The position numbers and the translations under genes are program-made. A stretch of DNA of 64,000 nt from Candidatus Pacearchaeota archaeon (lineage in GTDB: Archaea > Nanobdellota > Nanobdellia > Pacearchaeales > GW2011-AR1): assembly GCA_038869895.1 (NCBI GenBank), contig JAWCQE010000004.1:16293-80292 (forward strand), given 5' to 3'. The notes beneath the pieces were generated by a model. It did not search any database. It was not told the origin of the DNA and saw nothing but the letters and a program-made list of their open reading frames with translations. The first letter of the stretch is position 1, and each line of letters begins with the position of its first letter. Below are positions 1-9,464 of the stretch, in pieces.

Positions 1-282
1 TAGATTCCAGGGGACACTTCCGTTACACAAACATTATTACATCTTGTACTAGTGCATTTAAAATCTTGCATCAATGAATTGCATTTTGAAAATTCTAAAA
101 CTTGTCCTTTATTGAGGCACATCATAAAAGAATCTGTCGCACTTGTAAAATTTATTGTGGCGATAAATAAACAAAATGTTAAAGAGAGGCTAAAGATTTC
201 TTTTGTCTTAACCATTACAAATCTTTTTCAATAGTATTTATAAAAAAGATTGTTATCAAAAATATATTTTAGTTGAATTTAT

Positions 283-693
283 TTATCTAATTTTATATTT
301 ATTTTTTAATTCTTTAATTAAATTTTCGTAAGTATCTAATTTTAATTTTGGAATTGTATAAATTCCATTATTGCTTACATAAAAATACTCTCCTTTTTCA
401 TTTCTTTGTAAAGAATAATATAATTTCAAATGTTCATTAACAACAATACTGAATTCAATTAATCCAAGAATTTCAATCCCTTTCAATTCAAAGCCAGATT
501 TTATTTTAGTTATTAACTTCTGCTGAAGGGTTGCCGTTCTTTTACCTAATGCTCTTTCCATTAAAGTTTCTTCTTCAATGCAATCATTATTCCTTTTATT
601 TTCCATAAAATGTTTTAATAATGTGGTCTTATAAAGGTTATCATATTGTAAAGCAAAAATTAAATTGGAATAAAAGATAGAAAATCTATTCAT
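283..693 (-). CDS. hypothetical protein (136 aa)
   Basis: Intact ORF, co-oriented 38 nt downstream of the Cas4-like gene. No motif recognised. Confidence 0.35.
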   Translation of the reverse strand: MNRFSIFYSNLIFALQYDNLYKTTLLKHFMENKRNNDCIEEETLMERALGKRTATLQQKLITKIKSGFELKGIEILGLIEFSIVVNEHLKLYYSLQRNEKGEYFYVSNNGIYTIPKLKLDTYENLIKELKNKYKIR

Positions 694-731
694 TTAATTT
701 TGTTTAGTTTTTTTAATTAATCAAAAATAAT

Positions 732-1388
732 TTATTCAATTGGATATTTGTCACATTCTTCTTTATATTCGCAGTAATTACACATCCAATTTTTGTTTTT
801 AATGAGTTTCGCTTCTGCAGGAGGAATTATATTAAGTTTTAAACAATGATGTAATCCATGAAAGCGTTTTATTATCTCTTCTGCTTCTCCTTCACTATAT
901 TGAAAATTAAACCATTTCGCCTTTAAGTTATCTTTTTGAATGTAGAGAATTATCCCATCCTTGACTTTTAGGTTGTGCATATATAATTGCAATTGCTGAA
1001 TGTGGGACTCTTTGGCTTCATTTGGGAGAAATTTAACTGATTTTACCTCGATAATTATTTTTTTTCCATTGTCTTTTGTTAAAATTAAATTATCAATTCT
1101 TCCTGAAATTGTGAATTCTCCTTCGTCTTGTTTGAAAGGCAATTCTGATTCCAAAAGTTCTATTTCAGGATTTTTTTCACTTTTTAAAATTTCTGTTATT
1201 AATTCATGTAAATTATTTCCTGCTTCAAATATTCTTAAGACTTCTTTATCTAAATCTTTTTGAATTTTATAGCTAAACCAGGTTTTCCTTAAACATCCGC
1301 CGATTTCACTCGGATAGTAATTGCCAATTTTCTTTTCTTTTAATTCCCTTGAAAAATAATTGTCAATAAGTTTGTTAAAGTCAATCAT
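732..1388 (-). CDS. Cas4/RecB-like PD-(D/E)XK exonuclease with 4-Cys cluster
   Basis: N-terminal Cys (GGCLRKTWF) plus C-terminal CNYCEYKEEC (CX2CX5C). GRIDNL...IIEVKS (D...ExK) and QLQLY motifs are typical of Cas4/DUF83 nucleases. Confidence 0.75.
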   Translation of the reverse strand: MIDFNKLIDNYFSRELKEKKIGNYYPSEIGGCLRKTWFSYKIQKDLDKEVLRIFEAGNNLHELITEILKSEKNPEIELLESELPFKQDEGEFTISGRIDNLILTKDNGKKIIIEVKSVKFLPNEAKESHIQQLQLYMHNLKVKDGIILYIQKDNLKAKWFNFQYSEGEAEEIIKRFHGLHHCLKLNIIPPAEAKLIKNKNWMCNYCEYKEECDKYPIE

Positions 1389-1485
1389 TTAATAACCCCT
1401 GTCAATATATAGTTGAACAATCATTTAAAATCGTTCTGAACATAATATTTTAACAATTTTATCTATTTTAAGTTTTATGTAGAAT

Positions 1486-1794
1486 TTACAAGAACTCACT
1501 TTCTATTTCGGCTTCAATAAAATCTTTTTCCTCTTTTGTAAGGGAAGTAACATTTTTCTCCTCAATTTTTGATTCTATTTTTCTTAATTTTTTAAGTTGT
1601 TCTGGATTCAATTTAGCTAAAAGTTCTTGCTTTTCTTTAAGGAGTTCTTTTGTATTCTTTAATTTTTGCTCAATAATTTCATTACCTTTAAACATATGGG
1701 CTAGATCATATTCTGTGTTTTTAATCCTTGTTTGAAGTGCAACTATCTCTTCTTCCAATTTCTCTGTTTGAGTTTTTTCATCTTCTGGTTTCAT
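1486..1794 (-). CDS. hypothetical coiled-coil protein (102 aa)
   Basis: Lys/Glu/Leu-rich heptad-like sequence across the whole ORF. No catalytic motif. Confidence 0.35.
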   Translation of the reverse strand: MKPEDEKTQTEKLEEEIVALQTRIKNTEYDLAHMFKGNEIIEQKLKNTKELLKEKQELLAKLNPEQLKKLRKIESKIEEKNVTSLTKEEKDFIEAEIESEFL

Positions 1795-1997
1795 ATTTTT
1801 TTTATAGAAAGATAGGTTTTTATAACTTTGGTTTAGGTAGAGATGGGAATGAGTGAAAGATTTTTAAAAAGAGGAATTAGAGTTGTTTATAATAGTTCGA
1901 AAAGGAGAACTTATTTCTAAATTGCCTATTAGAAAAATTATTTAAACCTCTAGAATTTCTAAAATTCTTATATGCTGGTTTTGTAGTCCTTTGTAAA

Positions 1998-4577
1998 ATG
2001 ACAAAAGTAACTTATTCTATTAAAAGAGAACATGATGAAATAGTGAAAACCCTACATCCTTTAATAAAGGAATGGTTTTTTAAAAAATTTAAAGAATTTT
2101 CAATAACTCAACTCTATGGAGTGCCTGCAATTTGGGAAAGAAAAAATATTTTAATTTCAGCGCCAACTGGAGGAACAAAAACACTTACAGCATTTTTATC
2201 AATCTTAAATCATCTTGTATGTATTTCTGAGAAAAATCAATTAGAAGATAAAGTTTATTGTGTTTATACTTCACCTTTGAAAGCTCTCAGCAATGACATT
2301 CATAAAAATTTGGTAGAACCTTTAGAAGAAATTTATGATTTGGCTAAAGATAAAAAAATTAATCTTCAAAAAATTCGCATTGGATTAAGAACAGGAGATA
2401 CAACACAGGCTGAAAAATCAAAAATGGCTAAAAAACCCCCACATATAATTATTACAACTCCAGAATCGCTTGCAATAATGCTTACAAGCAAATTATTCGT
2501 GACATATATGGAAAAAACAGAATTCTGTATTGTTGATGAAATCCATGCCTTGGATAATAAAAGGGGAACTTATTTAAGTATAACACTAGAAAGATTAAAT
2601 GAAATCTCAAAGATATGGCCAATTAAGATAGGATTAAGTGCAACAATCTATCCATTAGAAGAAGTTGCAAAATTTCTTGTTGGTATTGATGATTATAGGG
2701 AGATTGAAATAGCAGAAATTCCGATGGAAAAAGAGATTGACATAAAGGTGCTAACTCCTTCAGAAAATTTGATAGAAGATACTAATATTACAAATGATTT
2801 ATACTCTTTAATAGATTCACTTATTCAAGAACATAAAACTACACTGATTTTTACAAATACTCGTGCTGGAACTGAAAGAGTTGTTAACCATTTAAAAGAT
2901 AGGTTTCCGACTATTTATGGAGAAGACAATATAGCAGCCCATCATGGTTCTCTAAGTAAATCGTTAAGATTCTCTATTGAAGACAGATTAAGAAAAGGAA
3001 AATTAAAAGCAGTTATATGTTCTACAAGTTTAGAACTTGGAATTGATATAGGATATATTGATTTAGTTATAATGCTCGGCTCTCCAAAATCAAGTTCAAG
3101 AGCACTTCAAAGACTTGGGAGGGCAGGGCACAAACTTCACGAAATTGCAAAAGGAAGATTTATAGTAACGGACAGAGAAGATTTAGTTGAATGTGCTGTA
3201 ATTCAAAAAGAAATGATTGAAAAAAAAATTAACAAAATCCACATTCCAAAAAATGCTCTTGATGTTTTAGCGCAGCAAATTTACGGGATGGCTATATATA
3301 AATCATGGGAGGTAAACGACTTGTTTAAATTAATAAAAAAATCTTACTGCTACAATGAATTAAGTAAGAATGATTTCTTTGATGTAATAAGCTACTTAGC
3401 AGGCAAATATTCTTTGGAAAAATCAAGTGTATACGGAAAAATTTGGTATGACAAAGAAACAAATACAATTGGAAAAAAAGGAAAACTTGCAAGAATGATT
3501 TACTTGACTAACATCGGTACAATTCCAGAAGAATCATTTATCAAAGTTAAACTCGTGCCTGAAAGTGAACAAATTGGGATGATTGACGAATCCTTTTTGG
3601 AGAGAATGAAAAAAGGAGATGTCTTTGTTTTAGGAGGAAATAAGTATGAGTATTCTTATGTTAGAGGGATGAATCTTTATGTTAGAAATGCTTCACATAA
3701 AAATCCAACAATCCCTTCATGGTTCTCTGAACAACTTCCATTAAGTTTTGACACAGCAAACGAGATAAATAGGTTTAGGTATTTGATAAAAGAAAAATTT
3801 AATTTAAAAAAAAGCAAAAAAGAAATTATAGAATTTATTAAAAGCTATCTTTATGTTTATGAGGATACAGCAAATGCAATTTACAACTATCACTACGAAC
3901 AATACAAATTTGCAGAGATTCCAAATTCAAAGGAAATTATTATTGAAAGATATAAAGGAGAGAAAGATTATCTGTTAATAAATAGCTGTTATGGAAGGAG
4001 AGTAAATGATGCACTTTCAAGGGCTCTGGGTTATTTAATGGGTATAGCTGGAAGTAGAGATGTTGAAATAGGGGTAACTGATGAAGGATTTTATTTTGCT
4101 GGGGAGAGTTTGCAGATTGAGAAAGCGTTTAAATCTATAAATTCAAAAAATCTCAGAGAAATTCTAACTGAGGCAATCGAAAAAACTGATATACTGGCAA
4201 GAAGATTTAGACATTGTGCAACACGTTCACTTATGATTCTCAAAACATATAAGGGACAAAGCAAGACAGTAGGGAAACAGCAGTTAAGAAGTCACTTTCT
4301 TATGGCAGCTGTAAAAAAAATATCAAACAAATTTCCAATATTAAATGAAGCAAGAAGAGAAGTTCTGGAAGATGTTATGGATATAGAAAATGCAAAAAAA
4401 GTTTTTGAACAGATTGAGGCAAATCTTCTAAAAATAAAAATTATAAATGTAAGTCTTCCAAGTCCTTTTACACTTCACCTAATTCTTCAGGGGCATAGTG
4501 ACTTAATAAAAATTGAAGATAAACAGAAATTTTTGAAACGAATGCATGAACTACATTTAAAAGCTATAGGAAAATAA
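1998..4577 (+). CDS. lhr: Lhr-like ATP-dependent DEAH-box helicase
   Basis: Walker A APTGGTKTL, motif II VDEIHAL, SAT-like LSATI, motif VI QRLGRAGH. The long C-terminal extension and 859 aa size fit the Lhr family. Confidence 0.8.
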   Translation: MTKVTYSIKREHDEIVKTLHPLIKEWFFKKFKEFSITQLYGVPAIWERKNILISAPTGGTKTLTAFLSILNHLVCISEKNQLEDKVYCVYTSPLKALSNDIHKNLVEPLEEIYDLAKDKKINLQKIRIGLRTGDTTQAEKSKMAKKPPHIIITTPESLAIMLTSKLFVTYMEKTEFCIVDEIHALDNKRGTYLSITLERLNEISKIWPIKIGLSATIYPLEEVAKFLVGIDDYREIEIAEIPMEKEIDIKVLTPSENLIEDTNITNDLYSLIDSLIQEHKTTLIFTNTRAGTERVVNHLKDRFPTIYGEDNIAAHHGSLSKSLRFSIEDRLRKGKLKAVICSTSLELGIDIGYIDLVIMLGSPKSSSRALQRLGRAGHKLHEIAKGRFIVTDREDLVECAVIQKEMIEKKINKIHIPKNALDVLAQQIYGMAIYKSWEVNDLFKLIKKSYCYNELSKNDFFDVISYLAGKYSLEKSSVYGKIWYDKETNTIGKKGKLARMIYLTNIGTIPEESFIKVKLVPESEQIGMIDESFLERMKKGDVFVLGGNKYEYSYVRGMNLYVRNASHKNPTIPSWFSEQLPLSFDTANEINRFRYLIKEKFNLKKSKKEIIEFIKSYLYVYEDTANAIYNYHYEQYKFAEIPNSKEIIIERYKGEKDYLLINSCYGRRVNDALSRALGYLMGIAGSRDVEIGVTDEGFYFAGESLQIEKAFKSINSKNLREILTEAIEKTDILARRFRHCATRSLMILKTYKGQSKTVGKQQLRSHFLMAAVKKISNKFPILNEARREVLEDVMDIENAKKVFEQIEANLLKIKIINVSLPSPFTLHLILQGHSDLIKIEDKQKFLKRMHELHLKAIGK

Positions 4578-4654
4578 AACTACTTAAAATACAAGTTAAA
4601 TAGTTTTTTAAAGAATATTTATATCTACAGAGAGATAATTAATCTAATGTTTTA

Positions 4655-5260
4655 TTATTTTTTCCGCATAAGTTTCGCTAAGTAATAAGCAGAACCAAAG
4701 ATTACAATTCCTGGAAGAAGGGTAATTCCAAGTCCTGGAGCTAAAATAGTTGCTCCAACTGTCCCAAGTGTCCCTGCTCCGACACTTTCTAAAAGGTCTA
4801 CTGCTCTTGAAACAGATTTCTCAACATCTTTTTGAAGAGCATCAATTTGCATTACAATCTTCCCATTTTTTAATATTCTTAATTTCTTATCTTCTTCTGA
4901 AACAATTAAAACAGTGTTTCCCATTTTTGAAGCACTTACTGCCGCGCTGTGTCTTGTTCCAAAATTTTTAAAAACTCTCCTTGATTTTATCATTACGCCA
5001 TAAGCTTTAACCATCCCCATATAATCAATTATAACTGCACCATCCATTAAAGCCAAAGATTCAAGAAGTTTTGGATTCTTCATGATGTTAAATGAAGGAA
5101 CTTGTTGTGAAACAAGTGGTTTGTATTCAATTTTCTTTTTTTTGCCCAAAACAATAAATAATGCCCCTTCTCCCCTTTTTGCAATCCTTAATCCGACTTG
5201 AATTAGAAGTTCCTCAATTTTTCTATCATTATTTATTTCACTCTTATTTTTCTTAGCCAT
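4655..5260 (-). CDS. diadenylate cyclase (DAC/DisA_N) domain protein with C-terminal hydrophobic anchor
   Basis: GALFIVLG, DGAVIID and GTRHSAA...VLIVSEE match the DAC motifs (DGA, RHR-like). The last ~45 aa (GAGTLGTVGATILAPGLGITLLPGIVIFGSAYYLA) are hydrophobic. Confidence 0.7.
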   Translation of the reverse strand: MAKKNKSEINNDRKIEELLIQVGLRIAKRGEGALFIVLGKKKKIEYKPLVSQQVPSFNIMKNPKLLESLALMDGAVIIDYMGMVKAYGVMIKSRRVFKNFGTRHSAAVSASKMGNTVLIVSEEDKKLRILKNGKIVMQIDALQKDVEKSVSRAVDLLESVGAGTLGTVGATILAPGLGITLLPGIVIFGSAYYLAKLMRKK

Positions 5261-5289
5261 ATGTTTAAATATTTTATTAAAGTTTAAAA

Positions 5290-5838
5290 ATGTTTTTAAT
5301 TACTTTAATTAAAAAATTTAACGTAATTAAACAAAACATATTTAAACAATCTCTTTATACTAATAATGTGAAATACATAATTGTAGGGATAATTATTGCT
5401 GTTTTAATTTTTTTAGGATACTTTTTATTTTCAGGAAGTGCTGAAAATTTAAATCCAAATATTTCTGAAAAGAATAGATTTGATAACTCGCAAGAAATTA
5501 ATCAGAATTCAATCGGCAATTTAAATGAACATACTATTGAAATTACTTCAGAAGGATTTTCTCCTTCAATCCTAATAATTAAAGTTGGAGAAACTGTTAA
5601 TTTTGTAAATAAAATGTCTAGTCCATCATGGCCAGCATCTGATATTCATCCAACACACACAATTTATCCAGGCTCTGATATTAAAAAATGCGGCACATCA
5701 GAAGAAATAAAATTATTTGATGCATGTAAAGGAATACTTAGGGATGAGATTTATTCATTTACTTTTAATGAGAAAGGTTCTTGGAATTATCACGACCACT
5801 TAAATCCTAGGTTAAAAGGAAAAATAATTGTAGAATAA
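5290..5838 (+). CDS. membrane-anchored cupredoxin-like domain protein
   Basis: N-terminal TM helix. C-terminal IEITSEGFSPSILIIKVGETVNFVN...WNYHDHLNPRLKGKIIVE resembles a cupredoxin-fold beta-sandwich. Confidence 0.45.
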   Translation: MFLITLIKKFNVIKQNIFKQSLYTNNVKYIIVGIIIAVLIFLGYFLFSGSAENLNPNISEKNRFDNSQEINQNSIGNLNEHTIEITSEGFSPSILIIKVGETVNFVNKMSSPSWPASDIHPTHTIYPGSDIKKCGTSEEIKLFDACKGILRDEIYSFTFNEKGSWNYHDHLNPRLKGKIIVE

Positions 5839-5922
5839 TGATCCTTGTTAAATTTTTTAGATTAATAAAATGCCACATGATATTAAGCATAGGTATTTAA
5901 TAAACAAAATTTAATTAATTTA

Positions 5923-6279
5923 ATGAAAATGAAAAATAAAAAAACAGCTATTTTAATTTTGAGAATTGCCTTAGCTTTTTCATTTATTTATGCAGCCATT
6001 TCTTCTTTTATCTCTCCTCAAAATTGGATTGGATTTATTCCAGAATTTCTTCCAGGAAATTTTATAACAGATGGATTTATACTATTCTTTTTTTCGATTT
6101 ATGAAGTTGCCCTTGGAATCTGGCTTTTAAGTAATAAAAAACTTTATTACTCCGCAATTTTTGCATCAACAACACTTGCTTTAATAACTCTAACAAACTT
6201 TTCTCAGACAGATATAATTTTCAGAGATATCTCTTTATTTTTAACTGCAGTTGCTTTATCCATTCTTGCCAAAAAATAA
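5923..6279 (+). CDS. small integral membrane protein (DoxX-like)
   Basis: Four predicted hydrophobic helices in 118 aa. Weak resemblance to the DoxX family. Confidence 0.35.
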   Translation: MKMKNKKTAILILRIALAFSFIYAAISSFISPQNWIGFIPEFLPGNFITDGFILFFFSIYEVALGIWLLSNKKLYYSAIFASTTLALITLTNFSQTDIIFRDISLFLTAVALSILAKK

Positions 6280-6286
6280 TTGGAAA

Positions 6287-7993
6287 TTACCCCCTATCAA
6301 TCTTTGGATGTTCATGTCCTTCTTCGAGTCTTTCATTAAGTTCTTTAATTTGTTTTTCTCTCTCTTTTTTATATGATTCTCTTTTTTCACCAAGTTTTTC
6401 AACAATTTTTGCAGTATATTCCCCACCAAGAAAATGTGGGAGAATAACATAATCTGCTCCAGCTCTGTAAAGTTCTAAAGTATCTGAAATCTGCCTTGAG
6501 GTTAGAATTATTACAGCATTTTTATTATTCTTCCTAACGATATTAAGTAAAGTAAAATTAACTTCCATTTCAGGAATTGTTGACACTATTAAATTTGCTT
6601 TGTTAATTTTTATTTCATTGAGGAATTCTATATTTGAAACATCTCCATAAATACAATTTATTCCTCTCGAAACAAGTCTTTTAACTCTTAATGGGTTAAA
6701 ATCAACAATCAAGTAATCTTTTTTTTGCTTTATAAAAGACTTCATTATTGAAAATCCTATTCTATTTTCTCCAAGAAGGAAATATTTATACTCCTTCGAT
6801 ATAATTTGTTTTTCTTTCATTTTTTTTCGTTCAAATATTCCGAGATATTTTGAAAGAAGGTTGTATAGTTTATCAGAATATATTATCATATATGTTGAAC
6901 CTGCGATGGTTATTAATCCTATTATAGTAACAAACGAAAGAATTTCATTGCTTAGATGTCCAACTTTAACCCCCAAAGCTATCATTATCAGTGAGAATTC
7001 ACTTATCTGCGCAACAGTAAGTCCAGACATAAATCCCGTATTTTTACTATATCCAAATATTCCCATTAATATCATAACAATTATAGGATTCCCAATAAGT
7101 ATAAAGAGTGAAAAAATTATTGCGGGAAAAATCATTTTAGTCACTTCTTCAAAAGCCATTTGTGAACCAAGAAGAATGAAAAAAGATATAATGAAAAAAT
7201 CTCTCAAAGGTTTAAGTTTTGAACTTATCTCAAAGCTGTATGGAGAGATAGAAAGAGTTATTCCTGCAATTAAAGCTCCAACTCCCACAGAAAATCCCAA
7301 GTAAAAAAATAATGATGCTAATCCAAATCCCCATGTTATAGCAAATACAAATAAAAATTCCTGAGATTTAGCAAAAAAAGAACTAAGTTTTGGAAGTATA
7401 AAATAACTCACAGGAAAGAGAAAAGAAAAAATTATGATTCCTTTAATAAAAGTATATCCAATTACTGAAAGTGAATTGGTTCCGCTTGAAAATGAGGATA
7501 TTATCAGGAGAATAATTATTGCTATTAAATCTTGAACTAGAAGGAACCCTATTGAAATTTTTCCATATAATTTATCCAACGCTTCTTTATCCGATAGAAG
7601 TTTCATTATAATTATTGTTGATGAAAAAGCCAAGGCAATTGAAATGTACAAAGAAGTTAGTGGTGTGAATCCAAGCATAATTCCTATAAAATATCCTAAA
7701 AAGGAAGTAAATACAACCTGCCCTATCCCAGTTATAAGTGAAATTTTCCCGACTTCTTTTATAACTTTTGGACTTAAATGTAATCCAACAATAAATAGAA
7801 GAAAGGCAATACCAATTTCAGAAAAAGTATTTAATGTTTCATCATATTGAATAAAATTAAGAAAAAAGGGACCAACAATTATTCCCGAAATGATGTATCC
7901 TATTATTAAAGGTTGTTTTAAAATTCTCATTACAAAAGATACTAAAAAAACTACTAAAATCAACAAACTTAATTGAATAAATATATTAGTCAT
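6287..7993 (-). CDS. CPA2 (Kef-type) cation:proton antiporter with C-terminal TrkA-N/RCK domain
   Basis: N-terminal ~390 aa polytopic Na+/H+ exchanger-like region (QPLIIGYIISGIIVGP). C-terminal Rossmann segment LLGENRIGFSI...VDFNP...GDVSN is typical of TrkA-N. Confidence 0.8.
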   Translation of the reverse strand: MTNIFIQLSLLILVVFLVSFVMRILKQPLIIGYIISGIIVGPFFLNFIQYDETLNTFSEIGIAFLLFIVGLHLSPKVIKEVGKISLITGIGQVVFTSFLGYFIGIMLGFTPLTSLYISIALAFSSTIIIMKLLSDKEALDKLYGKISIGFLLVQDLIAIIILLIISSFSSGTNSLSVIGYTFIKGIIIFSFLFPVSYFILPKLSSFFAKSQEFLFVFAITWGFGLASLFFYLGFSVGVGALIAGITLSISPYSFEISSKLKPLRDFFIISFFILLGSQMAFEEVTKMIFPAIIFSLFILIGNPIIVMILMGIFGYSKNTGFMSGLTVAQISEFSLIMIALGVKVGHLSNEILSFVTIIGLITIAGSTYMIIYSDKLYNLLSKYLGIFERKKMKEKQIISKEYKYFLLGENRIGFSIMKSFIKQKKDYLIVDFNPLRVKRLVSRGINCIYGDVSNIEFLNEIKINKANLIVSTIPEMEVNFTLLNIVRKNNKNAVIILTSRQISDTLELYRAGADYVILPHFLGGEYTAKIVEKLGEKRESYKKEREKQIKELNERLEEGHEHPKIDRG

Positions 7994-8132
7994 TTACCTA
8001 TAAATTTTATATGGAATTGTCTTTTTATCTTTTTGCTTTTTAACAAAAAACATTATTAAACTTTAAAAGATTAGCATATTAATATTATACAGCAAATTTA
8101 AAATCAGAAAATTTACTGAAATTAAACGATTT

Positions 8133-8204
8133 GCCCCCATAGTTTAATGGATAGAACGTAGCGTTGCGGTCGCTAAAATCGAGGTTCGATTCCTCGTGGG
8201 GGCG
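8133..8204 (+). tRNA. tRNA-Arg (anticodon GCG)
   Basis: Hand-folded cloverleaf: acceptor GCCCCCA/TGGGGGC, D stem GTTT/GAAC, anticodon stem TAGCG/CGCTA with loop TTGCGGT, T arm CGAGG-TTCGATT-CCTCG, discriminator G. Confidence 0.9.
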
Positions 8205-8217
8205 TAAATCCTTAGGA
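8194..8217. repeat. direct repeat copy 1 (last 11 nt of tRNA-Arg plus 13 nt downstream); candidate attL
   Basis: tcgtgggggcgtaaatcct (19/19), extendable to 24 nt with one mismatch, recurs at 10049..10072. Confidence 0.6.
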
Positions 8218-8387
8218 TTAACTTATCTACATAAAGCGAATAACTAACGAGGTTTTTGGTTCTATGTTAGAGAAGAAGTTTAAAGGTTTTAAGATAGGAA
8301 GATGTAAGTGTTTGAGTGATGGAACGAGTTTGATTTTGGAGAAGTGAATAACAAAAGACTTTTTAATAGGGTTTTCTCTAAATTTAT

Positions 8388-9254
8388 ATGGATTACAATA
8401 AAATAAATGAAAGATTTTATTCCCAGAATTATTGGACGATAGATCGTTCAGAGAATAAATGGTTTTCTAAATATGTTAAAGTTAAAATTATAGATAAATG
8501 GATAAGGGGCATAAATAAAGGGGTTTTATATGATGCTGGAGGAGGTGTTGGAAACTATGCGGCTTATTTCGGGAAAAGGTTTAGTAAAGTAATTGTTTCA
8601 GATATCTCTAAGATCGCCCTTTCAAAAATACCAGAAGAATATATAGAAAAATTAAATTGTAGCATTTTAGACAATAAACTTCCTGACAATTATGTAGATT
8701 GCATTTTTCTAATCGATGTGTTTGAACATATCGACACTAAGGACTTACTAAAGATGATGAAGGATCTTAAAAGAATTTTAAAGCCGGATGGAAGGATAAT
8801 TATTTTTACTAGTCATTTTGGGATGGGCCTTGGTGCAGTCATACAAAGAATTTCTAATCCAAAGAAGAGGTTATTAGGTAATGAATATAAAGAAGGGCAT
8901 GTTAACCGGTTGAAGTATAAAGAGTTTGAAAAACTTTTTGAAGAAGCGGAACTAGAAATAGACAATTTCTATTTTTATTCTATCTTTTTTCAACAAATAA
9001 CAGATAAAATTAAAGACACTTTCGCAATAATTGTTAGTAGAATCAAGGGGTGGCAAAATTTAGATATTGCATTAGGAAGGCTTGGACAAAAGACCAAGGA
9101 AAACTTTAGAAAAAAAGAAACTAAAATTATTTTTAAAGTTCCTTTAATTCTGCTTAGTTGGATATCTTATCTTGATATTGTTTTGTTTGGGAAGTGGTTT
9201 CCAGGAAATTCCATATTTTTCAGTTTGAAAAAAAAGAAGCATTTGCATAAATAA
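8388..9254 (+). CDS. class I SAM-dependent methyltransferase
   Basis: Motif I VLYDAGGGVGNY, acidic motif II VIVSDIS, post-II CIFLIDVFEHI and RILKPDGRIIIF. No DNA-methyltransferase (D/N)PPY motif. Confidence 0.7.
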   Translation: MDYNKINERFYSQNYWTIDRSENKWFSKYVKVKIIDKWIRGINKGVLYDAGGGVGNYAAYFGKRFSKVIVSDISKIALSKIPEEYIEKLNCSILDNKLPDNYVDCIFLIDVFEHIDTKDLLKMMKDLKRILKPDGRIIIFTSHFGMGLGAVIQRISNPKKRLLGNEYKEGHVNRLKYKEFEKLFEEAELEIDNFYFYSIFFQQITDKIKDTFAIIVSRIKGWQNLDIALGRLGQKTKENFRKKETKIIFKVPLILLSWISYLDIVLFGKWFPGNSIFFSLKKKKHLHK

Positions 9255-9464
9255 AACTTAATTTCTGGAATTGATATAGAAGAGTATTCTTAATTTGATA
9301 GGTGATGGGGAAAATAAAAAGATAACGGTTTTAATATTTTCTCAGAATTAGAACTAGAAATTTTTAGATGAGGTAGAAGCATCCTACACAAGAAACTTAA
9401 TTTTATAGAAGTAGTTGATAAACTAAGTGAGACAAGATAAAAAGAAATAAATGAGAAATGGGAA

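Noticed and set aside
52-234. 60-aa plus-strand ORF at the left edge, and a possible Cys-rich minus-strand partial ORF (1..125, MMCLNKGQVLEFSKCNSLMQDFKCTSTRCNNVC...).
   Set aside because: Both are too short or truncated. There is no recognisable motif and no way to judge coding potential from the fragment.
1000-1263. Antisense or shadow ORFs inside longer genes. Coordinates: 1000..1263, 4750..4971, 6256..6450, 6861..7304, 7644..7850, 9553..9750, 15120..15395, 16897..17166, 21553..21816, 22617..22949, 26988..27314, 27604..27798, 27952..28347, 27978..28184, 32621..32839, 33534..33716, 33966..34163, 36421..36708, 37103..37306, 38175..38381, 38918..39256, 39919..40167, 41289..41672, 43834..44043, 45354..45563, 49591..49791, 50409..50597, 56290..56514, 57235..57474, 57238..57489, 58225..58485, 58615..58938, 60332..60571, 61688..61939, 63654..63881.
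   Set aside because: Each lies wholly or largely inside a longer ORF with clear family motifs. Their translations are low-complexity Ile/Phe/Leu/Ser-rich strings, typical of out-of-frame reading of A/T-rich DNA.
8221-8387. Strongly C-depleted plus-strand stretch after tRNA-Arg, with GTGATG-like sequences (possible C/D-box sRNA).
   Set aside because: No convincing C (RUGAUGA) plus D (CUGA) box pair with proper spacing was found. It is more likely a compositional quirk of the islet's 5' end.
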